IMG/VR virus record: IMGVR_UViG_3300000117_000011
Location: 1-64,000 of that record
Strand: one strand, 5' to 3'
Origin: a virus
DNA: 64,000 nt
The notes beneath the pieces were generated by a model. It did no database searches and was not told where the DNA came from. It saw only the letters and a list, made by a program, of their open reading frames with translations. Every line of letters begins with the position of its first letter. Position 1 is the stretch's first letter. A program made the translations under genes and the position numbers. Shown here piece after piece: positions 1 to 6,107 of this stretch.

Positions 1-54
1 TATTGTTTACACGAAGCGAGACGACGCCACGAAGCCACCACCACCCGAAACACC

Positions 55-804
55 TTAGAAGTCTAAGTTGTCCTCATCGTCCATGAGATCCTCAATGTCG
101 CCCATCATATCCTCGTCGCCATCCTCAGCCCAAGCTGAACCACCATCGTCACCAGGATTCAGTTCGTAACCGCTGAGCTCTAAAACTTCTTCTTCCTCAA
201 CCTCAAAGAACGCGTCAGCCTCTGGTACGTCAACGATCTTGTCGAGACTATGCGTTGGAACTGATGACCCGCCAACAGGAGCTTCATCATCTACGTTGCG
301 GGTCGTCGCGACCTCTTCAAGCTTCATCGCGTGGGGAGTCGAGTTAAGAGCCTCGATCTTGTCGTCTAGTAAATGGACTGGAACGTAGTGAAGCTGTTTA
401 GGATGATCGATAGTAGATCCAGCTGTTCGAACCTCGAAGGCCGCACAATTACTTCCATTCGCGACGCGAGGACCTGCGAAGCGAATCCAAGCGAAGCCGG
501 CTGTCTGAATCCAACCTGTGTATTCAGCTGCGTCATCGAATCCTTCGAGAGTCGGGATGATATCATCAACTGCGACCTTAACCCATTTCGCTCCTCGACC
601 TGAGAAACGAGCCTTCACCTCGCTACGCCAATCATTGACGAGGCCAGTCTTCGCCGAACGACCACAAAGCGGTTTAACAAAAACACTGACCAGATCGTCA
701 AGATGACGTTTAAAGGCCGTCACTTTAGGCTCACCACCTTCTTCGATAAAGTTGTTGAACAGTCCCATGATCATATCATCATCATATTGTTTTTGGTTTT
801 CCAT
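55..804 (-). CDS. hypothetical early protein with long acidic C-terminal tail
   Basis: ORF track 55..840. The second ATG (804) has the RBS AAGGAG 5 nt upstream, whereas the 840 ATG is only 5 nt from a -10 box. C-terminus is D/E-rich. Confidence 0.75.
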   Translation of the reverse strand: MENQKQYDDDMIMGLFNNFIEEGGEPKVTAFKRHLDDLVSVFVKPLCGRSAKTGLVNDWRSEVKARFSGRGAKWVKVAVDDIIPTLEGFDDAAEYTGWIQTAGFAWIRFAGPRVANGSNCAAFEVRTAGSTIDHPKQLHYVPVHLLDDKIEALNSTPHAMKLEEVATTRNVDDEAPVGGSSVPTHSLDKIVDVPEADAFFEVEEEEVLELSGYELNPGDDGGSAWAEDGDEDMMGDIEDLMDDEDNLDF

Positions 805-845
805 GTTGTCTCCTTGAATGTTTGATTGAATGTTTTCCATGGTTT

Positions 846-875
846 ATTATAATCCTTTGTTTTATTAGTTACACG
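846..875 (-). promoter_or_regulatory. early promoter copy 1 (CGTGTAA-N17-TATAAT)
   Basis: Minus strand reads cGTGTAA ctaataaaacaaaggat TATAAT; same motif and spacing in four copies. Confidence 0.8.
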
Positions 876-899
876 TTTTGAGTTAAGTTTGATTCCTTG

Positions 900-977
900 T
901 TATCTGTAATACCAGATCGCGAAGGGAATCGCCAAGAATGTTGAGCCAAGAATGAGCGGGATTAAGTCGTAGATCAT
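900..977 (-). CDS. 25-aa hydrophobic peptide (MIYDLIPLILGSTFLAIPFAIWYYR)
   Basis: Hand-translated. TAAGGAGGA RBS just upstream of the ATG, own promoter, one TM-like stretch; below the ORF-track cutoff. Confidence 0.7.
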   Translation of the reverse strand: MIYDLIPLILGSTFLAIPFAIWYYR

Positions 978-995
978 TTGTCCTCCTTATGGTTT

Positions 996-1025
996 ATTAT
1001 ATCTTTACTTTAGATGAGTTACACG
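996..1025 (-). promoter_or_regulatory. early promoter copy 2
   Basis: cGTGTAA ctcatctaaagtaaaga TATAAT. Confidence 0.8.
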
Positions 1026-1048
1026 TTTCGGGTTGACGAGGTGAGAGG

Positions 1049-1105
1049 TTATAACCATAAGACAAATGCGGTAAGAGAAAGAAAGGTTATTAAGTCGGGA
1101 ATCAT
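1049..1105 (-). CDS. 18-aa hydrophobic peptide (MIPDLITFLSLTAFVLWL; alternative start 1117)
   Basis: Hand-translated. GGAGG RBS before both ATGs, own promoter, N-terminus MIxDLI shared with the 900-977 peptide. Confidence 0.6.
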   Translation of the reverse strand: MIPDLITFLSLTAFVLWL

Positions 1106-1162
1106 ATAAGCCTCCATGAGACCTCCGTGATTGAATGATTGATCGTTTGTCCTTACATCTGT

Positions 1163-1192
1163 ATTATAGACTAAGGAATTGAGTTTTACACG
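1163..1192 (-). promoter_or_regulatory. early promoter copy 3
   Basis: cGTGTAA aactcaattccttagtc TATAAT. Confidence 0.8.
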
Positions 1193-1365
1193 TATTACGT
1201 CCTTTTCAGCCGAATCATCTCACATCGCAGTCCTCGTGTATCTTGACCGCTTCATCAGCTGGAGTTTCCTAGTTTTCAAAGATCTGGAGTCGGAATCCCG
1301 AGGTCGGTTGCCATCCCTTCCTCATCGTCCTTAGGAACCGCCGTTCCTATCCCTCCTTATGTTTT

Positions 1366-1395
1366 ATTATACTCCACATCGTGGAAAGATACACG
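1366..1395 (-). promoter_or_regulatory. early promoter copy 4
   Basis: cGTGTAT ctttccacgatgtggag TATAAT. Confidence 0.75.
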
Positions 1396-1399
1396 ACGA

Positions 1400-1605
1400 T
1401 GGCTAAAAGCCCCGGGGCTCTAAAGGGCCCCTAAAAGGGCCCCCTACAGAGGGCCTAAAACTCAGTGATACACGCCGGGCTAGGGGGTTTAGTCGTCTAC
1501 CCGAATTTTCTTCGCGCAACTTTTTCAAAAAGTATTAGGGTACACATCTGAATACACCAAGATGTGCTTAAGCACGCATCTGAATATATCGAGTATAAAT
1601 AGAGG
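1400..1605. other. non-coding strand/composition switch with GGGCCC repeats, palindromes and direct repeats
   Basis: GCCCCGGGGC, tandem AAAGGGCCCC units, palindrome GTGCTTAAGCAC (1564-1575), direct repeat CATCTGAATA (1545-1554, 1577-1586); genes diverge from here. Confidence 0.6.
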
Positions 1606-1657
1606 AGTGTATATATGAAAGTTTGCGGCGCTTATTTCAAATAGTATTTTCAGCTTT

Positions 1658-1705
1658 TTGTGCGAAAAACTTCGAGAGAAATTTTGGAAAACTTTTTAAT
1701 AATTA
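1658..1705 (+). repeat. upstream repeat family P, copy 1
   Basis: AAAAACTTCGRGAGA..TTTT.GAAAACTTTT core shared with 2687-2750 and 3554-3613. Confidence 0.8.
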
Positions 1706-1731
1706 GTGTATAAGTGTATAAAGAGGTTGAC

Positions 1732-1896
1732 ATGATATTATTAGAAAGTTACATAAGAAGTGTTTTATTCGAAAGAGGCAGGTTTAGTAGTGGGAGTGGA
1801 TTAGATGCTTATTTAATTGGTTTGGATTGTGAAGCCAAAGAACTTTTAGGATTAGTTAAAAAAATTAAAGAAAGTAATAGTGTGCTGAAAGTGTGA
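1732..1896 (+). CDS. small protein with Glu-terminated leader (MILLESYIRSVLFE)
   Basis: GAGGT RBS before the ATG at 1732; leader resembles those of downstream genes. Confidence 0.6.
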   Translation: MILLESYIRSVLFERGRFSSGSGLDAYLIGLDCEAKELLGLVKKIKESNSVLKV

Positions 1897-2495
1897 ATAA
1901 TCGTTTTGGCTATTTACAAATCTTTGAAAAGAAAAAAGAAATAATTGATATTGTAAAAAAAGAATTAGGGGAAGAGTTTGTTGATGATTTAGGTATTGAG
2001 TTTAATGATGATTTGCCTGTTGTGGTGAGAATAATCCAGGGTGACAATACTTCTAAAGAAAAATCAGGCAAATTAAATTTACAAGATAACTTAGATTGGA
2101 TGGTTCATGATACTTGGCATTTAATTGTTGATAGAAGTTTTTGGATTAGGGAATTTTTAAGTAAAAGTGTGCATATTAGTCAAACGCTGGAATATTATAT
2201 TGATAATAGTATTTTAGTAAATGGTAGTCGTACTGATTTTGAAAAAGATTGTTTAATGTTTTTGAGAAATTATAATTTTACATCTGGAGTAGGTGAATTT
2301 GATTGTGTGCCAAGTTTAGCAGCTTTTTGTGTTATGAACAAAGAAGTAAAAAGTGTGCCTGTTGAGTTTAAAGGAAAAATGAAAAATTATGAAGACTTTA
2401 ATGAGTTTTACATTAGATTACATGTTATGAGTCCTTTATTGTGGAAGTCTATATTTAAGAGTTTAAAAGGTAAGTTGATTTTTAATCATTTTTAA
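1893..2495 (+). CDS. hypothetical protein
   Basis: 200-aa ORF with GTGA overlap; may be the frameshifted continuation of 1732-1896. Confidence 0.65.
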   Translation: MNNRFGYLQIFEKKKEIIDIVKKELGEEFVDDLGIEFNDDLPVVVRIIQGDNTSKEKSGKLNLQDNLDWMVHDTWHLIVDRSFWIREFLSKSVHISQTLEYYIDNSILVNGSRTDFEKDCLMFLRNYNFTSGVGEFDCVPSLAAFCVMNKEVKSVPVEFKGKMKNYEDFNEFYIRLHVMSPLLWKSIFKSLKGKLIFNHF

Positions 2496-2505
2496 TGTAT
2501 TTTTT

Positions 2506-2539
2506 GACGAGCTGGGTGTCTCTTGAGTCACAGACGTAA
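2506..2539 (+). repeat. downstream repeat family T, copy 1
   Basis: GAGCTGGGTGTCTCTTGAGTCACAGACGTAA; related copies at 3477-3510 and 4779-4804. Confidence 0.8.
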
Positions 2540-2686
2540 TAGGATAAACTTGAACGCACAAATATATTATATTTTTTTATATTTGTGCACAAATCTCTAA
2601 CTATCTCTAGAGAAACGGGTATTGAATGGGGCATTTGCATTGAATCCCCTAAATAGTTTCCAGTATGCAAAACAGTTTTGCTGAAA

Positions 2687-2750
2687 TTGTGCAAAAACTT
2701 CGGGAGACTTTTTCGAAAACTTTTACATTTCCAGAGATAAATAGATTTAT
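2687..2750 (+). repeat. upstream repeat family P, copy 2
   Basis: AAAAACTTCGGGAGA...GAAAACTTTTACATTT...ATAAATAGATTTAT. Confidence 0.85.
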
Positions 2751-2778
2751 AGAATATTTTCAAAGTAAGGTTTTAAAT

Positions 2779-3471
2779 ATGAGAGTGACTGAGAGCAAGT
2801 TAAGAAGGATAATTCGCCAAGTAATAAAAGAAAGTGCTGGTGGATCATATAATTGGTATTCTGATTGGGTGGAAGCAACAGAAAAAATTAAAAAAAGAAG
2901 TTTATCAAAGATTTCATATGAATGTTTAAACGACTTTGGTATTTCTCGTGTTGATGCAAACAGTAACGACAGTATTGTATATAATTTAACTAAATTTCAA
3001 GATAGAGGAATTTCTGAGGGTGAATTAACATCTATCCTTTCTAACATATCAAGCGTACATGCTGCAGATGCTGATGAGATGTCAAGACTTCATTTAATGT
3101 TTACAGCGACTGTTGGGTTGCTAATAGAAAATGGAAAGATAAAAGTTAATTTTGGTGCTAAAGACAAAAATGCATTAAAACAAATGAAACCTGGAGAGAT
3201 GGCGATTGTTGCTGCGATTTCAACATCTGGAAGTGATAGGTTACAATCTTGTTTAATATATGAAAAGCCAAGCAATCATTCACTTCCTGACAGGAGTAAT
3301 TATTTTGTAATTGCACAAAATCCTCATAATCACAAGGTATTTGATAGAGAAGAGGCTGGTAATATAAGAAGGTATAACGAAAAACAGCAAGCTGATTATT
3401 TAGAGCGAAGGGAAAAAGCCGAGAAAAAAAGAAAAGACGAAGAGCTTCCTTGGTACGAATATACTAGATAA
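2779..3471 (+). CDS. putative internal head protein, leader MRVTESKLRRIIRQVIKE
   Basis: Start reassigned to the ATG at 2779 because the leader matches the 3641 gene and the upstream extension runs through repeat P. Confidence 0.7.
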   Translation: MRVTESKLRRIIRQVIKESAGGSYNWYSDWVEATEKIKKRSLSKISYECLNDFGISRVDANSNDSIVYNLTKFQDRGISEGELTSILSNISSVHAADADEMSRLHLMFTATVGLLIENGKIKVNFGAKDKNALKQMKPGEMAIVAAISTSGSDRLQSCLIYEKPSNHSLPDRSNYFVIAQNPHNHKVFDREEAGNIRRYNEKQQADYLERREKAEKKRKDEELPWYEYTR

Positions 3472-3476
3472 TCTTT

Positions 3477-3510
3477 GTCGAGCTGGGCATCTCTAGCGTC
3501 ACAGACGTAA
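3477..3510 (+). repeat. downstream repeat family T, copy 2
   Basis: GAGCTGGGCATCTCTAGCGTCACAGACGTAA, immediately after a stop codon. Confidence 0.8.
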
Positions 3511-3553
3511 CAGAATAGTTTTAAGTTTGTGAAAGTATTTTACTGGGTTTGAT

Positions 3554-3613
3554 GAAAAAACTTCGGGAGAAATTTTGAAAACTTTTTACATTTTCAGTTA
3601 TAAATAGATTTAT
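3554..3613 (+). repeat. upstream repeat family P, copy 3
   Basis: AAAAAACTTCGGGAGAAATTTTGAAAACTTTTTACATTTT...ATAAATAGATTTAT. Confidence 0.85.
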
Positions 3614-3640
3614 ATGATGTTTTTTAAAGAAAGATTAAAT

Positions 3641-3955
3641 ATGAGAATAACTGAGAGTAGATTGAGAAGAGTGATTCGTCAAGTGATTAGCGAAAACATG
3701 CCTTACGACGAGCCTGATGAGTATATGGGTTATGGGTCGTATGGTGAAGTTGAAGATAGTGATGTTAGTCTTAAAGAGCTAGAGAATATGCTAATGTCAC
3801 ATAGCTATGAAGCCCAAAGAGCTGATGGTTATGGTGAAGTAATGCATGCGAAAGGTGAGTATGAGCTTGGTGTTATGAGTAAAGACGAGTACATGAATTT
3901 GCTTAGGCCTTTTATAAATGACGTAATTGAGCAAAGTGGAAGATCTAGTTTTTAA
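3641..3955 (+). CDS. putative internal head protein, leader MRITESRLRRVIRQVISE, acidic body
   Basis: Leader nearly identical to that of the 2779 gene; bodies unrelated. Confidence 0.7.
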   Translation: MRITESRLRRVIRQVISENMPYDEPDEYMGYGSYGEVEDSDVSLKELENMLMSHSYEAQRADGYGEVMHAKGEYELGVMSKDEYMNLLRPFINDVIEQSGRSSF

Positions 3956-3977
3956 TTATTATAAAGTGTAAATACAA

Positions 3978-4703
3978 ATGAGAAGAAAAGACACAGCGCT
4001 ATTAATAGAAGAGTGGAAACAATTTAACAGTGAAGAAGAGTTAATTTATAACACAAAGCTACTGTTAGAAAAAAATGAAAATTTCGACAAGCAAGTTTTA
4101 AAAGAAAGTTTTGCAGGAAAAATGACTGATTGGTTGCAGTCTGGATTTGACATTGTAGGATTTATTCCCGGGATAGGCGAAGGATTTGATGCGATAAATG
4201 CTATAATATCTTTATCTCGAGGCAGACCTTTCGAAGCTTTGTGCTCAATTATATCATTATTCCCAGGTGTAGGTGATGTTATTGGTAAGGGCGGAAAATA
4301 TTTGGTTAAATATTTAGGACCAGAGTTAGATGATATTATTCAGGGTAAGATTTCAAGCCCAAGTGACTTAAGTGAAAACTCAATTTTAAAAAAAGAATTT
4401 CTTTTATTAGAGGCTAACAAAGGAGATGGAAAAATGTTTAAATTAGTTGTTAAAGCAATTTCAAAAACCAAAAACAGGTGGTTTCCTTTTATTAAAAACT
4501 TATTAAAAAGTGTAGAAAAAAACAAAGATTCAGTTGAACTGGTTAATGCAATAGAAGATAGTGAAATCAAGCTACCTAAAATTCCTGAAAAATTTAAGGA
4601 AAAAATTGGAGATATAATAAAGAAAAAAATAACAAACCCAAGTGACATTATGAAAAAAATTACTAATCTTGTTAATTTTATTGATAATTGTGCTAAAGAA
4701 TAA
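3978..4703 (+). CDS. protein with pre-toxin TG (PT-TG)-like helical domain after a LLIEEW leader
   Basis: DIVGFIPGIGEGFDAINAIISL...IISLFPGVGDVIGKGGK matches the PT-TG/polymorphic-toxin linker pattern. Confidence 0.65.
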   Translation: MRRKDTALLIEEWKQFNSEEELIYNTKLLLEKNENFDKQVLKESFAGKMTDWLQSGFDIVGFIPGIGEGFDAINAIISLSRGRPFEALCSIISLFPGVGDVIGKGGKYLVKYLGPELDDIIQGKISSPSDLSENSILKKEFLLLEANKGDGKMFKLVVKAISKTKNRWFPFIKNLLKSVEKNKDSVELVNAIEDSEIKLPKIPEKFKEKIGDIIKKKITNPSDIMKKITNLVNFIDNCAKE

Positions 4704-4778
4704 AATATTTTTATACTTTTATTAATAAGTAGATTTATTTAATATCTATTAAAGAAAGTGACTTATAGAATTGGGTGT

Positions 4779-4804
4779 GCTGGGTATCTCTAGTGTCACG
4801 ACGT
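4779..4804 (+). repeat. downstream repeat family T, copy 3 (degenerate)
   Basis: GCTGGGTATCTCTAGTGTCACGACGT. Confidence 0.7.
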
Positions 4805-4880
4805 TTATATAAGTTTAATCTTATGTGCGAAAATATATATATTATTAAGCGTATGAATAAGATTAAACAGGGGTCATAAT

Positions 4881-5663
4881 ATGAATCGTAAAGAATATAA
4901 ATTATTGGTTGAAGGATGGAATGGTTATTTGAACGAAATTTCATCTGATATAAGTGGTGTAACAAAGATTAAATCATTTGTTGATAGAATAGTTGCTTTA
5001 CGTGAAGAGACAGGGAAAGATATTAAGATTAGGGCACGATTAAACGGTACTGTACTAGAAGTTAATTTATTAAACTACTCAGTCTTAAGAATGAATGGTG
5101 TATTTTATCAAAAAGCTTGGCTTAATCATCTTGGAAATGTAGATAGAGAAGTAAAAGTTGATGGAACCCGCGATCCTTACGTAATAAAATATTCAGACGT
5201 AGGTGGAGGATTTGGGCCTTTACTTTATGAGATAGGATTAGAGATTGTTAGTTGTAACTTAGGTGGTGCATTAATGAGTGATAGAGGTGAAGTATCTGAG
5301 GAAGCTGAAAGTGTTTGGGATCGCTATCTTAGTCGATCTAAATCTGAGTTCAATCTTGAAGCTGTTAAGATGGATTTTTCTGATGAGTCTTGGGACGATG
5401 TAATGTATGATGCACCCTTTGCAGATATGTCAGACGAAGAGCAGGAAAGATTTAAACAGACACAAAAGTACACTCCAGATGATGCTTCTGATGACATATA
5501 TCAATATTCAGCTATTTTAAATTCAGCAAAAAAAGGTAATTTTGTTGATGGTGATTGGAAAAATTTTGAAAGCCCTTTAGCATATGCATATTATAAATTA
5601 GAGCCTGAAGTATTGACATACATTGAAAGTTTAGAAGAAAACATACTTGAGATAGACATTTAA
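4881..5663 (+). CDS. GNAT-like protein with YKLLVEGW leader (paralog of 9266-9955)
   Basis: GGGFGPLLYE...LMSDRGEVSEEAESVWDRY resembles a GNAT motif A/B-like core. Confidence 0.55.
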   Translation: MNRKEYKLLVEGWNGYLNEISSDISGVTKIKSFVDRIVALREETGKDIKIRARLNGTVLEVNLLNYSVLRMNGVFYQKAWLNHLGNVDREVKVDGTRDPYVIKYSDVGGGFGPLLYEIGLEIVSCNLGGALMSDRGEVSEEAESVWDRYLSRSKSEFNLEAVKMDFSDESWDDVMYDAPFADMSDEEQERFKQTQKYTPDDASDDIYQYSAILNSAKKGNFVDGDWKNFESPLAYAYYKLEPEVLTYIESLEENILEIDI

Positions 5664-5806
5664 ACTTGTTTGTTTAGTTCGTTAACTGTTTTTAATATAT
5701 TCTGAATTTCATCTTCGTCAAAACATTCTCTATTAACAGCTTCTTGCAGTGTTCTAATTAAAATATTGATACATACTAATTGTTTGTGATTTATTAAATA
5801 ATTCAT
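5660..5806 (-). CDS. 48-aa helical hypothetical protein (MNYLINHKQLVCINILIRTLQEAVNRECFDEDEIQNILKTVNELNKQV)
   Basis: Hand-translated; fills the intergenic gap; TATAAT just upstream. Confidence 0.55.
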   Translation of the reverse strand: MNYLINHKQLVCINILIRTLQEAVNRECFDEDEIQNILKTVNELNKQV

Positions 5807-5847
5807 GATAATTATAGTATGATAAGATTAGAAAGTTTACAATTAAC

Positions 5848-6105
5848 ATGAAAAAGACAGTAAAATATATTGCAATTTGCTTAACTTTCTTTTTAGTATC
5901 TGTAACTTCATGTTCAGAGAAAAAAGAAGACATTAAATTGCCTAGAACAGAGTGTGAGCAGATAAAAGACATTGTTACAGATTGTTTAGGGTTATATCGA
6001 GGTGCTTTAGGATATATAAAAAGTTGTGGTAATATATCTTTGTCTGAAATTAAATCTCTTGCAAGCTGTGAAGAAATATTTGAGTATATAGAAAACAAGG
6101 ATTAA
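5848..6105 (+). CDS. Cys-rich lipoprotein
   Basis: Basic N-terminus, hydrophobic stretch, VTS-C lipobox, four further Cys. Confidence 0.65.
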   Translation: MKKTVKYIAICLTFFLVSVTSCSEKKEDIKLPRTECEQIKDIVTDCLGLYRGALGYIKSCGNISLSEIKSLASCEEIFEYIENKD

Positions 6106-6107
6106 TA

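Noticed and set aside
1200-1275. Hammerhead ribozyme (CTGATGA at 1258-1252 on the minus strand, GAAA nearby)
   Set aside because: Only a 3-bp stem II can be drawn, and no consistent stems I/III with a UH cleavage site.
2482-2763. 93-aa minus-strand ORF
   Set aside because: Spans the T and P repeats, has no RBS and no protein-like motifs.
2665-2778. ORF-track N-terminal extensions (also 1714, 3614, 8868, 12721, 14871, 32879, 39232)
   Set aside because: They run through intergenic repeats or overlap upstream genes; downstream ATGs fit RBS, leader or coupling evidence better.
2506-4804. CRISPR array made of the T repeats
   Set aside because: Copies are about 1 kb apart, separated by whole genes, and degenerate.
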